From positions 57 to 64,056 of the forward strand of contig JAQBNT010000286.1 in the NCBI GenBank assembly GCA_028288445.1: a stretch of DNA of 64,000 nucleotides, read 5' to 3'. The translations under genes were made by a program, and so were the position numbers. Under the pieces are notes generated by a model. The model did no database searches, had not been told where the DNA came from, and saw nothing but the letters and a program-made list of their open reading frames with translations. This stretch comes from Hymenobacter sp. Lineage in GTDB: Bacteria > Bacteroidota > Bacteroidia > Cytophagales > Hymenobacteraceae. Positions 18,990 through 28,223 of this stretch are shown one piece after another (position 1 is the stretch's first letter; every line of letters begins with the position of its first letter).

Positions 18990-21305
18990 TTATTGCGGAG
19001 CGAGGTAGCCCACCGGACGGCCATCGGTGCCGGCCGCGAGCGCGGCCACGGGCGTTTTCAGCCGGTAGTCGAAGCGCTGCGGGGCCACGAAGGCCGTGGG
19101 CAGGTAGCTGAGCCTAGCGGTGCGCGGCGGAAACTTCGCCTCCACCTTACCCGACTGATAAAAGTTGGTATTCGCCAGCAGGTTGCTGGCCTTGCCCAGT
19201 TCGGTGTATTGGATGGCCGGCCCGGCCGGGGCACTGTTGGCAAACAGGCAGTTCTGGATGGTGGAGCGCTGCACGCCGGTGAGTTTCAGTACGGGCGTGC
19301 CGGCGGCGGTGCCCACGTTGTCGAAGGTGCAGTGGTCCACGGTGAGGAAGGGCCCGAAGGTGCTCTCGTCCTTGCCGCCGCGGTAGAGGTCGAGCGCGGT
19401 GCCGCGCACGTTGCGAAACAGGCAGTTGCGCAGAATCACCACTTCGGCGTTGTAGGTGCCGAGGTCCTGCGTTTCGGTGGCCAGGCTCAGGGCGCTACCA
19501 GCCAGGTCATAAAACCGGCAGTTGGCAAACTGCACGGTATCGGCAAAGGTGGCGGTGGTGGCCCGCAAAACTTGGCTGCCCGCGTCCTTCAGATTGTAAA
19601 ACGCGCAGTTGTCGGCCCACAGGCTGTAGTGGTCCAGCATCGCCTGCGCGCTGGGCTGGATGAGGCCCGTGGCCCCGGCCGCCGCGCCATCGAGCGCCAG
19701 GTTTTGCAGCCGCAGCGTGCCACCGTTTTCGAACCGGAAAAGCGGTTGCGCGCCCGTGGCGGCCAATACTGGCTGGACGCCTTGTTTGGCCCGCACCGTG
19801 AGCGGCGCGGCTACCACCAGCGGCTGCGCCAGCGCGTAAGGTCCGGTTTGGGTTAGCTCGATAATGTCGCCTGGTTTAGCCGTTTGGCAGCTTTGGCGCA
19901 ACGCTTCGGCATTGGCAGCCGGAACCACGCGGCCGGTGCGCGGCGCGGCCTTCGCATCCTCGGGCCGGAACCAGCGGGGGCCGGCTTCGGCGGCCGTGAG
20001 GGGGCGGCGCAGCGTGGGTTTGGGTGCGCCTTTGGGCGTGGGCACCAGCAGGCCATCGGAGGATTTTTGTACCGTGAGTACGGCGGCGTCCAACCCTTTT
20101 ATGTCGGGGCCTTTGCCGCTTATTTGCAGCGCATTGTTGATGAATGTCAGGCCGCTGATGTCGTCGTAGACGCGGAACGGATTGGACAGTCTGGGGCTGT
20201 AGAAGACGTTGTTTTTGAGCGTGACGCCGGTGGGTGGCAAACTCAGCTCGGCGCTTTTGCCGGCGGCCAGCTCCACGCTCTCGCAGTTTACGAAAGTGTT
20301 GTTTTCGATGAGCACGTCGCGCACCGGGGCGTAGCGGTTGAGGGGCGAGTTCGGGATGCCGTTCATGATGACCAGCGCGCCGCGAAAGTCGTGGCCGGTG
20401 AGGTCGGCGAAGTAGTTGCCCACCACGCGGTGCCCGGCGTTGATGACGCGCACCCCACCGGTCTGCTCCTTGCCGTGGCCCAGGAAGTAGTTGCCTTCCA
20501 CCACGTTGTTGTTGCCGTGGCGCAGCACCACCGAACCCTCGCATTCCTCAAACAGGTTGCGGCGCACCACGTTTTCGCCCGACTTAACGGAGATGATTTC
20601 CGTCTCGCCGTTGCAGTGGTAGAAGTAGTTTTCTTCCACCACCGTGTGCGACGAGGACAGCGAGGTTTCGCCCAGCCCGATGCGGATGGTTTCGCCACCG
20701 TTCGAGCCTAAGCGTGGGCGCGGGCCAAAGTAGTTGTGGTCAATCTGGTGGTGGTTTTCGCGGTTTTCGGGCGTAGGCAATTCCACTACTATGGTCACGC
20801 CGCCGGTTTTCTTGCCTGCGATGTAGTTGTGGTCGAAGCGGTTGTACTGGCCGTAGAAGTGAATCCACTTGTCGTCTTTGTCGCTGCTGGGCCGGTTGAA
20901 GTTGTCAATCACGCACTCGGTCACGCGGCAGTGGCTGGCCAGCCCGCTGCTGCCATCCCGAAACTCGATGATGCCACCCTTCGGCGCGTAGCCGTTGCGA
21001 AAATCCAGCCCCATCACCACCAGGTATTCCCCCGCCAGCCGCAGGCTCGACTGCCCGCGCAGCTGCACCGCGCCGGGGCGCTCGGCCCGCAGTACAATGG
21101 GCCGGGCGGCCGTGCCGTGGCCACTGAACACCAGCGGCGCATCGGCCCACGGCCCGGCGGCCAGCACCAGCGTGTCGCCGGGTTGCAGGCGTGGCACGGC
21201 CGCTCGGAACGCCGCCACGTCCGCCACCCGGATGTTGGCGGCGCGGGCGGCTGTGCCACTTGCCAGCAGCGCCAGACTCAGAAACCACTTAGAGAAAGCC
21301 AGCAT
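18990..21305 (-). CDS. PL6 alginate lyase (chondroitinase-B-like, two beta-helix domains)
   Basis: PGDTLVL..G, NGGETIRIG, GETEIISVKS (catalytic Lys), LRHG (catalytic Arg). Confidence 0.93.
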   Translation of the reverse strand: MLAFSKWFLSLALLASGTAARAANIRVADVAAFRAAVPRLQPGDTLVLAAGPWADAPLVFSGHGTAARPIVLRAERPGAVQLRGQSSLRLAGEYLVVMGLDFRNGYAPKGGIIEFRDGSSGLASHCRVTECVIDNFNRPSSDKDDKWIHFYGQYNRFDHNYIAGKKTGGVTIVVELPTPENRENHHQIDHNYFGPRPRLGSNGGETIRIGLGETSLSSSHTVVEENYFYHCNGETEIISVKSGENVVRRNLFEECEGSVVLRHGNNNVVEGNYFLGHGKEQTGGVRVINAGHRVVGNYFADLTGHDFRGALVIMNGIPNSPLNRYAPVRDVLIENNTFVNCESVELAAGKSAELSLPPTGVTLKNNVFYSPRLSNPFRVYDDISGLTFINNALQISGKGPDIKGLDAAVLTVQKSSDGLLVPTPKGAPKPTLRRPLTAAEAGPRWFRPEDAKAAPRTGRVVPAANAEALRQSCQTAKPGDIIELTQTGPYALAQPLVVAAPLTVRAKQGVQPVLAATGAQPLFRFENGGTLRLQNLALDGAAAGATGLIQPSAQAMLDHYSLWADNCAFYNLKDAGSQVLRATTATFADTVQFANCRFYDLAGSALSLATETQDLGTYNAEVVILRNCLFRNVRGTALDLYRGGKDESTFGPFLTVDHCTFDNVGTAAGTPVLKLTGVQRSTIQNCLFANSAPAGPAIQYTELGKASNLLANTNFYQSGKVEAKFPPRTARLSYLPTAFVAPQRFDYRLKTPVAALAAGTDGRPVGYLAPQ

Positions 21306-21365
21306 TCTTTTTAAAATTCAATTCTTATTGAAAAGATGCAGCATTACTGAGCCGCTTTGGTATTT

Positions 21366-21373
21366 CAAATGTA
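21366..21373 (-). promoter_or_regulatory. -7 promoter element of the alginate lyase operon
   Basis: Plus CAAATGTA reads TACATTTG on the minus strand, matching TAnnTTTG about 60 bp upstream of the PL6 start. Confidence 0.65.
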
Positions 21374-21456
21374 TGCTTTCCCACAAACGATTCCAAGCCT
21401 AAAAATGCATTTAACAATCGATTTAAGGCGTTTTTAATGTGTGCTTGGCCCATGAA

Positions 21457-21481
21457 AACGTTACCGGCAACGTTACCGGCA
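21457..21481. promoter_or_regulatory. putative LacI operator
   Basis: AACGTTACCGGCAACGTTACCGGCA; core CCGGCAACGTTACCGG is a one-mismatch palindrome with central CG, between the PL6 and lacI genes. Confidence 0.75.
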
Positions 21482-21559
21482 TCGATTGCGTAAAAACGAA
21501 TTATCCTTTGAAAAATTAAATTAATTTCAACTGTCTCGCTGGCCTTCGCGGCATTTGGC

Positions 21560-21567
21560 TAGATTTG
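21560..21567 (+). promoter_or_regulatory. -7 promoter element of lacI
   Basis: TAGATTTG matches TAnnTTTG about 100 bp upstream of the lacI ATG. Confidence 0.55.
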
Positions 21568-21669
21568 CGCAGGCTTTTAGTGCCTGGCTTGGTCGTGCCC
21601 TGAGTCGAAACGGGACTGCTGGCGTCCCTTTCTGCGGCTGAGAATGTTCTAACCTTTTGCTTCCCACCC

Positions 21670-22710
21670 ATGCCCCTTCAGCGCCGCGAACGGCCGGCCA
21701 AACCGGCTACCATCAAGGACATTGCCCGCTCGCTGGGCGTTTCCATCTCCACGGTTTCGCGCGCCATGCGCGACTTTCCCGATGTGAACCCCGACACCAA
21801 GCAGGCGGTGCTGGAGATGGCCAAGCAGCTCGACTACCAGCCCAACCAGGTGGCCCTGAGCCTGGTGACCCGGCACACACACAGCATCGGTGTCATCGTG
21901 CCGAACCTGGACTACTTCTTCGCCACGGCCGTGCGCGGCATCGACGAAATTGCCCTCGAAGCCGGCTACACCGTGCTCACCTGCCAGTCGAACGAGTCCT
22001 ACGGCCGCGAAATCACCAACACCCAGCGCCTGCTCAACAGCCAGGTCGATGGCCTCATCGTGTCGCTGTCCAGCGCCACGAGCAACGTGGACCACATGCG
22101 CCGGCTGATGACGCGCGGCGTGCCGCTGGTGCTGTTCGACCGCGTGGCGACCGACCTGGATGCCACCAAAGTAGTACTCGACAACCACGACGGGGCCATG
22201 CAGGCCGTGAATCATCTGTTTGAGCAGGGCGGCCGGCGCATTGCGTACATCGCCGGGCCGCCCAGCTTTTCCATCAGCAATCAGCGCAAGGAAGGCTATA
22301 TCACCGCGCTGCTCCAGCACGGGCTGCCTATTGACGAGGACCTTATCGTGCATTGCGAGTTCGACCAGGCCCACGCCTACGCCGCTACCGAGCAGCTGCT
22401 CGACCGGGACCAGCGGCCCGATGCCATTTTCGCCGTCAGCGACCGGCTGGCTATTGGCGCGCTGCTGGCCCTGCGCCACCGCGGGCTGCGCGTGCCCGAG
22501 GATGTGGCCCTGGTGGGCTTCAACGACGAGCCGGTGGCCCGCCTGCTCACCCCCGGCTTGTCGAGCGTGGGGCAGCCAGCGTTTGAGATGGGAAAAGTAG
22601 CGGCCCAGCTATTTCTGGAGCAGCTTAACAGCGAGTCGGTGCTTGCGCCGCGCACCATTACGCTCAGGCCCACGCTGGTGGTGCGGGAGTCGTCTTTGAA
22701 GCGGCGATAG
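21670..22710 (+). CDS. LacI family transcriptional regulator
   Basis: TIKDIARSLGVSISTVSRAM HTH, YQPNQVA.SL hinge, periplasmic-binding-protein-like domain, RVPEDVALVGF. Confidence 0.96.
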   Translation: MPLQRRERPAKPATIKDIARSLGVSISTVSRAMRDFPDVNPDTKQAVLEMAKQLDYQPNQVALSLVTRHTHSIGVIVPNLDYFFATAVRGIDEIALEAGYTVLTCQSNESYGREITNTQRLLNSQVDGLIVSLSSATSNVDHMRRLMTRGVPLVLFDRVATDLDATKVVLDNHDGAMQAVNHLFEQGGRRIAYIAGPPSFSISNQRKEGYITALLQHGLPIDEDLIVHCEFDQAHAYAATEQLLDRDQRPDAIFAVSDRLAIGALLALRHRGLRVPEDVALVGFNDEPVARLLTPGLSSVGQPAFEMGKVAAQLFLEQLNSESVLAPRTITLRPTLVVRESSLKRR

Positions 22711-22792
22711 TCGTTGAATTGAACTACAAATGGTTGCCTATCGAAGCAGAAACCCTGCTTCCGGTCGGGTGTAAGCGGGCCGGCTGCAACTT

Positions 22793-22887
22793 ATGATTTT
22801 CGTCATAACTACTTCACGGCCATGAACTACATCATGCCATGGCATGATACTAGTCATTTTAGCGAAGGGGATTGGTACTGAATTTTG
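22793..22887 (+). promoter_or_regulatory. CRP/FNR-type promoter: three boxes plus -7 element
   Basis: ATGAT-TTTC-GTCAT (22793), ATGAA-CTAC-ATCAT (22822), ATGAT-ACTA-GTCAT (22844), then GAATTTTG at 22880. Confidence 0.8.
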
Positions 22888-23035
22888 GCCCGCCGGGCTG
22901 ACGGTATTCAGTTGTTGCCCGTGTGGTGATTCGGGGAGGCGGAGAACGGGGAAGCCTGGTTTTTGATTGGCACAGCAATAGCCGCACCCGCCACCCATTC
23001 GCCTCCCTGCTGGTTCCCGTTTCCCGCCTCAGCCC

Positions 23036-23998
23036 ATGGCCGCTCCCGATACCCTGCTTAGTGCCCCGCCACGGGCGGTTGCGGAACGCTGGATGCAGCA
23101 GCTACAGAACGAGCTTTGCCGCCAGCTGACCCTGCTGGATGGGAGTGACGAAGTATTTGAGCACGACGATTGGGAGCACGCCACCGGGCACGGCAGCACC
23201 CGGGTGCTCCAGCACGGCGATGTGCTGGAAAAAGGCGGGGTGGCCTTTTCGGTGTTTTGGGGCGCGCTGGCGGCTGAAACGGCGCGGCAGCTGCGTCTGC
23301 CCAGCCCCACCTGTTTCCTGGCGCGGCTGCACGCGGTGCAGTTTCCGCGCAACCCGTGGGTGCCCATCGCGCATTTGAGCGTGCAGTATGTGGAGGCGGA
23401 GAACGGGGAAGCCTGGTTTGGCGGCAGCCTGGATTTGACGCCGGTGTACGTGGACCGGGCGCAGGCGCACTGGTTTCATGCCCAGCTGGCGGCCCTATGC
23501 CAGGCCCACAACGCCGACTACTACGCCCGGTTCAAGCCGGCGGCCGACAACTACTTTTACCTGCCCCACCGCCAGGCCATGCTGGGCATTGGCGGCCTTT
23601 ATTTCGACCAGCTGGGGGTGAATAAAGACGGCTCCTTTGCCCAGCTTTTTGCCTTTGTCCGGCAGCTGGGCCTCACCTACACCCGGCTCTACAACGTGCT
23701 GGTGCACCAGAATGCCGACCGGCCCTTCAACACCCTCAACAAACGCTGGCAGGTGGTGCGTTGGGGGCATTATGCCGAATTCAGCCTCCTGCTCGACCGC
23801 GATACCCGCCTGGGACTGGCCACAGGCGTTCCGCTCGCAAACACCTTGCTGGGCCTGCCGCCCCAGGCCGAATGGCCCGGCCAGCTGCGCCGGGAACCCA
23901 ACCTGGCCGAAGCCCAGACCCAGCAGTGGCTGCGCCCTGGCGTGAACTGGCTGGCCCCGGACCCGGAGCTGCGGGAAGGCCAACCCTCCGATTCCTGA
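23036..23998 (+). CDS. HemF-like (coproporphyrinogen III oxidase fold) protein with degenerate active site, paralogue 1
   Basis: VLEKGGVAFS, WFGGSLDLTP, YFYLPHR, GIGGLYFD recognisable; H-x-N-x-R is H-L-S-V-Q, RRGRY is RWGHY, DRGT is DRDT. Confidence 0.85.
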   Translation: MAAPDTLLSAPPRAVAERWMQQLQNELCRQLTLLDGSDEVFEHDDWEHATGHGSTRVLQHGDVLEKGGVAFSVFWGALAAETARQLRLPSPTCFLARLHAVQFPRNPWVPIAHLSVQYVEAENGEAWFGGSLDLTPVYVDRAQAHWFHAQLAALCQAHNADYYARFKPAADNYFYLPHRQAMLGIGGLYFDQLGVNKDGSFAQLFAFVRQLGLTYTRLYNVLVHQNADRPFNTLNKRWQVVRWGHYAEFSLLLDRDTRLGLATGVPLANTLLGLPPQAEWPGQLRREPNLAEAQTQQWLRPGVNWLAPDPELREGQPSDS

Positions 23999-24019
23999 AC
24001 CACCTTATCTCCTCCTGCC

Positions 24020-24724
24020 ATGCGCGCGCAAATCTGGTTACCCTGGGTGCTGGCCTCCTCCCTGCTCTGCACCGGCTGCGAAAGCCCTCGAACTGGTGAA
24101 GAAACCGATGCGCCCAGCCGGGCCGTGCCCGTGGCCACGCCGCTGCCCCCTGACACGAGTGGCCGGGCCCACCGCCCACTTCCGCCCGCGCTCCCTCTCG
24201 ACACGGAAGTGGCCGCCGCCTGGACGCGCCTGCAAACCGCCCTGCGGCGGCACGACGCCGCGCAGCTCAACCAGCTCATCGACCCCGCGCTGGGCCTGTG
24301 GGTGGTAGCGGATGGCGACACGGGCTTGGTTATCACGCGGGTGACGGCGGGCACGGCGCTGCGGAAGGCCAGTGCCCGTGCACCGCTGCTGCGCCTGGAG
24401 CAGCAGTTTCAGACGTGCCCCGCGCTGCTGGCTGTGGCCCAGTTTCCGGAAATTGACTGCGGCGACTACGGCCACGGGCGCTCCGGCTTTGCGCGGGATG
24501 GCTGCTTTGCCGGCCCGGCCGCCGACTTTCAGGCCGTGGATGTGTGGTCCCGCGCCCGGCTGGCGGGTGGCACTGCGGCCCAGGGCCGGGCAGCGCAGGC
24601 GCGGGTGGGGCGCACGGTGCTCCATACGCGCAGCGGCTGGCGGTTTCATTTTGCCCAGGCACCGGGCGCGGGCGGGCGCTGGTACCTGGTGTTCGTTGAC
24701 CTGCGCGCGCCCTGCATCAGCTGA
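24020..24724 (+). CDS. hypothetical lipoprotein
   Basis: Signal peptide with lipobox LLCTG-C; 21 bp downstream of hemF-like 1. Confidence 0.75.
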   Translation: MRAQIWLPWVLASSLLCTGCESPRTGEETDAPSRAVPVATPLPPDTSGRAHRPLPPALPLDTEVAAAWTRLQTALRRHDAAQLNQLIDPALGLWVVADGDTGLVITRVTAGTALRKASARAPLLRLEQQFQTCPALLAVAQFPEIDCGDYGHGRSGFARDGCFAGPAADFQAVDVWSRARLAGGTAAQGRAAQARVGRTVLHTRSGWRFHFAQAPGAGGRWYLVFVDLRAPCIS

Positions 24725-24754
24725 AGCGGCCCGCCCGGCCCGCGCGGGGGTCCC

Positions 24755-24821
24755 ATGACCATAATCAGGGGGTTAAACTGATTGGCATCATGCCCGGCGA
24801 CCGGCGATAACAGGAACTTTA
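24755..24821 (+). promoter_or_regulatory. CRP/FNR-type promoter: two boxes plus -7 element
   Basis: ATGAC-CATA-ATCAG (24755), CTGAT-TGGC-ATCAT (24778), GAACTTTA (24814). Confidence 0.8.
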
Positions 24822-24918
24822 GCCCACTTGCTATCGGCGGCGGCCGAGCCGTGCTGCCCGGTTGATACTGGTATTCAAACCAATGTTTTTCAGTCACTTA
24901 TTTTCTTTCTCAGCCGCC

Positions 24919-25215
24919 ATGAAAACAACCACGAAACCGTTTCGAATGCGAAAGCCAGTCCTCCTGCAATGGTCGGCGTTTGGGGCGAGCGTCCTGGCCG
25001 GGCTTACGGCGGGGGTGCTGTGGGCTCCGGCTTCGGGGCAGCACTCCCGCGGCCGGCTGGCCGCCGGCATCCGGGACTGGTCGCGCAGCGTGGCCGGCCG
25101 CTGGAACCTGTGGCAGCCCTGGCCGCTGGCCCGGGCCACCCGGCACCGCGTGCCCAATATTCTGCGCTCCAACGACCTCGCCATGCAGCCCAACCGCCTG
25201 CTGACCGAAGATTGA
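24919..25215 (+). CDS. YtxH-like small protein
   Basis: FGASVLAGLTAGVLWAPASGQHSRGRL resembles the YtxH signature G..AG...G.L.AP..G...R. Confidence 0.65.
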   Translation: MKTTTKPFRMRKPVLLQWSAFGASVLAGLTAGVLWAPASGQHSRGRLAAGIRDWSRSVAGRWNLWQPWPLARATRHRVPNILRSNDLAMQPNRLLTED

Positions 25216-25429
25216 AACCGAGCTACCTCCTTTCCCTCTTGCCATCGAATTCAAAGCGGCCCAACGGCCACTACTCCGGCATGGACGGGCAGTCTGCGAT
25301 GGCTGCCCGCCCTCCGGTAATTACCGCAACGCCGATGTACCCGGCGAGCCACAGCTTCTGGGCGGCCTTCGGCTTTCAGCAAATAAGACTGGCTTTTCTC
25401 CCTTTTTCTGCATTTAACACCCTTGTTCT

Positions 25430-26263
25430 ATGAAACCGGCTTTTGTTGTCCTCACCGATTTATCGGCCGCCGCTGGCGATGCGCAGGCCTACACGGCCCG
25501 TCTGGCCGCCCGCCTGCACGGCTGCATGGTACTGCTGCACGTGTACCTGAACCTGAACCCGCTGCGCGACCCCGAAGAGTTGGTGCTGACCACCGCCGCC
25601 GAGTTGGCCGGCCGCCAGAAAATGCAGACCGACTTGCAGCAGCAGGTGCGCCAACTGCCCGTGCCCGCCGAGGCTGAGCTGTCGTTCGACCCGCTGGCCT
25701 CGGCCGTGGACAAGGCCGTGCGCCGCCACCAGCCGCTGCTGCTGGCCATGGGCCGCGCCGCGCACCCCGGCCGGCTCGACCGCCTGCTGCCCAACGAGGT
25801 GGAGCCCATCCTTCAGGCCACCCACTACCCCCTGCTGCTGGTGCCCGAGGGCTGGGCCGAAACCGAGCTGCCGCAGCGCATGCTGGTGGCCGCCGATGGG
25901 CGCGCCTTCACGCTGGCCGCCCCGGCCCTAGCCCTGCGGGAGCTGCTGCTGACCTTACAGCCCACCACTGCCGTGGCCCACGTAGCCCACGAAACGCACG
26001 GCCCCTCGCACGGCGACGTGGCCCTGAAATCGGTGCTGAGCACGCAGCTATTCGGGCACCTCACCAACAACAGCCTGTATGAAGTGCGCGAGGAAGCCCC
26101 GGCCGACGGCATTCTGCACGCGGCGGCCGAGCTTAACAGCCAGCTGATTGTGATGCTGGCCCGGCCCCACACCTTCCTCGGCGGGGTTTTCCACCGCAGC
26201 GTGACGGCGCAGGTACTGCACCGCAGCCCCGTGCCCGTGCTGGTGCTGCCCACCGTGGCCTGA
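25430..26263 (+). CDS. universal stress protein (tandem USP) 1
   Basis: FVVLTDLS N-terminal strand, PLLLVP, C-terminal FLGGVFHRSVTAQVL..SPVPVLVLP. Confidence 0.92.
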   Translation: MKPAFVVLTDLSAAAGDAQAYTARLAARLHGCMVLLHVYLNLNPLRDPEELVLTTAAELAGRQKMQTDLQQQVRQLPVPAEAELSFDPLASAVDKAVRRHQPLLLAMGRAAHPGRLDRLLPNEVEPILQATHYPLLLVPEGWAETELPQRMLVAADGRAFTLAAPALALRELLLTLQPTTAVAHVAHETHGPSHGDVALKSVLSTQLFGHLTNNSLYEVREEAPADGILHAAAELNSQLIVMLARPHTFLGGVFHRSVTAQVLHRSPVPVLVLPTVA

Positions 26264-26289
26264 GGCTGCGTCACCCTAACTTCTGCCCT

Positions 26290-27228
26290 ATGCTTACGCC
26301 CGTAAAGCCCCATCACCAGCAGCCCCACTCCGTGGAATCGCCCGTGGGGAAAGTCCCGGTTCCTACGCTAATTGTGCTGACCAGTTTTTTCCCGGAAAGC
26401 CGCCGGGCCCTGCGGTTTGCCGCCGAACTGGCCGGCCCGCTGGCGGCCCCGCTGGTGCTGCTGCACATTGATGCGATGGCTGCACAATACCCCAACGTGC
26501 CGATGGCAACCGCGCCCGCCGACCGCCGTGAGCTGCGCCACGACTTGCAGCAGCTCGCCGATGAGTTGCACCGGCCCGCCACCATTGAGCTGGCCAGTGG
26601 GATGCTAAGCCGCGTGTTGGCCGACGCGGCCCACCGCCACGCCCCGGCCCTGTTTGTGCTGGGCCGTCCCGCCGATGAGCAGGCCGATTTTGAGCTGAGC
26701 GAGGCGATGGTGGCCGAGCTGCGCGCCGCCCACCTGCCTCTGCTGCTGGTGCCCGAAGTGTACGCCGGCCCCGACCTGCCCCAGCACCTGGCCGTGGCTT
26801 CCGACGACGAGCCCTTTGCCCTGCACGCCGGGGCGCAGGCCGCCCAGCTCCTGCTGCGCCAGCTGATGCCCAGCCAAGTAACGGTGGTGGCCGCCTCGCC
26901 TTTGCAGGACGACAACGTGTGCGCCGCCGCCCTGCACCACGTCCGCACCAGTGGCCTGCTGCCCACGCCCGGGCCGGTGCCCACCGTGGAGGGCTTTTAC
27001 GCCACCCAAACCGAGCAGGGCCTGCTGCACGCCATTGCCACCACGCAGGCCGACTGGCTGGTGCTGCTGGCCCACCCGCGTCGCTACCTCGACCAGTTGC
27101 TGCACCACAGCATTACGAAACGCATGTTGCGCTGGAGCCCGGTACCGGTGCTGGTGGTGCCCTCCCAAACGGCCCGCAGCCGGCCCTCCAAACGCTCTAC
27201 GCAGCTGAACAACGGCTTCCTTATTTAA
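26290..27228 (+). CDS. universal stress protein 2
   Basis: LIVLTSFF, PLLLVPE, YLDQLLHHSIT..ML..SPVPVLVVP. Confidence 0.9.
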   Translation: MLTPVKPHHQQPHSVESPVGKVPVPTLIVLTSFFPESRRALRFAAELAGPLAAPLVLLHIDAMAAQYPNVPMATAPADRRELRHDLQQLADELHRPATIELASGMLSRVLADAAHRHAPALFVLGRPADEQADFELSEAMVAELRAAHLPLLLVPEVYAGPDLPQHLAVASDDEPFALHAGAQAAQLLLRQLMPSQVTVVAASPLQDDNVCAAALHHVRTSGLLPTPGPVPTVEGFYATQTEQGLLHAIATTQADWLVLLAHPRRYLDQLLHHSITKRMLRWSPVPVLVVPSQTARSRPSKRSTQLNNGFLI

Positions 27229-27271
27229 CAGGAAACAACCAGTATTAAACTAATAATAAACGCCTTAAGCA

Positions 27272-27688
27272 ATGGAATCCATCACCACATCCGCCCCCAA
27301 GATGGCGATAGCCGAAACCACGGCCGCTTTGTCCAATTCAGCGCTCACGCCCTCGGTGGCTGAACGGCTGGCGCAGCTTCTGAGTTCGTCGGTTAATGCC
27401 CAAACCATCTACGGCACGCCCGTGGAGCGCGACAGCGTGACGGTGATTCCCGTGGCGCAGGCGGCCTATGGCTTTGGCGGGGGCAGCGGCACCGGCCCCA
27501 ACGCGCAGGGCGGCACGGGCGGCGGCGGCGGCGTGCGCCTCAAGCCGGTGGGCTTCATCGAGCTGAAAAAAGGCCGCAGCCGCTTCCGGCCCATCCGGCG
27601 CTCGGTAGTCCCGCTGGTGGCCGTGAGCGGGCTGCTGGCACTGCTGCTGCTACGCGCCGTGCCCCGGCTGTTGTCGAACGGCCGCTAG
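27272..27688 (+). CDS. GerW/YtfJ family (spore germination-like) protein
   Basis: IYGTPVERDSVTVIPVAQAAYGFGGGSG...GGGGGV.LKPVGFIE signature. Confidence 0.85.
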   Translation: MESITTSAPKMAIAETTAALSNSALTPSVAERLAQLLSSSVNAQTIYGTPVERDSVTVIPVAQAAYGFGGGSGTGPNAQGGTGGGGGVRLKPVGFIELKKGRSRFRPIRRSVVPLVAVSGLLALLLLRAVPRLLSNGR

Positions 27689-27792
27689 CAGGCGGGGGCT
27701 TGGTTCGGCGGCAGTTTCTACCGGGAGTGCATCGTAAAAAACGGATGTGATTACGGAGATAGTAATGGTCAAGATTGAAATCAGCCATGAGG

Positions 27793-27836
27793 TTGATTCT
27801 CGTCATACTCCGCGCCGAATGGTTTTTCTATTTTTA
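27793..27836 (+). promoter_or_regulatory. CRP/FNR-type promoter: box plus -7 element
   Basis: TTGAT-TCTC-GTCAT (27793), TATTTTTA (27829); weak upstream box AAGAT-TGAA-ATCAG at 27771. Confidence 0.72.
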
Positions 27837-27900
27837 AGAAGCTGCCTGTTGGCCGTTGCGCAGTGGTCGATTTCCACTCATTTTTAACGCCCCTTTCCCC

Positions 27901-28167
27901 ATGAAAAACACCGCGCACCGACAACCGCAAAAGACGACCGAGGATGCTCGGGTCCACCTGACCGGCCTGAGCGCCAAGTACGTGCGCAAGCTGGAAAAGC
28001 CCTTGGTAAACACGCTGCGGAAGCTCAGCCGCAAGTTCAGCAAGCTGCTGGATAAAAACCGCAAGGCCGCCCGCAAGGCCACTCGCGAGGCGGCCAGATT
28101 CCTGGTGAAGCGGCTGTATAAATCCGTGGAGTGGCGCGGCGCTGGCCCGGCCCTGCGGCCGGCCTGA
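27901..28167 (+). CDS. small highly basic hypothetical protein
   Basis: 88 aa, Lys/Arg-rich helical sequence, GC3-biased codons, first gene behind a regulon promoter. Confidence 0.7.
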   Translation: MKNTAHRQPQKTTEDARVHLTGLSAKYVRKLEKPLVNTLRKLSRKFSKLLDKNRKAARKATREAARFLVKRLYKSVEWRGAGPALRPA

Positions 28168-28223
28168 CCCCTACAGGCGTGGGCGCGGCTGCCGTGGTGG
28201 CGCGCCCGGCCCTGCTGCGCGCC

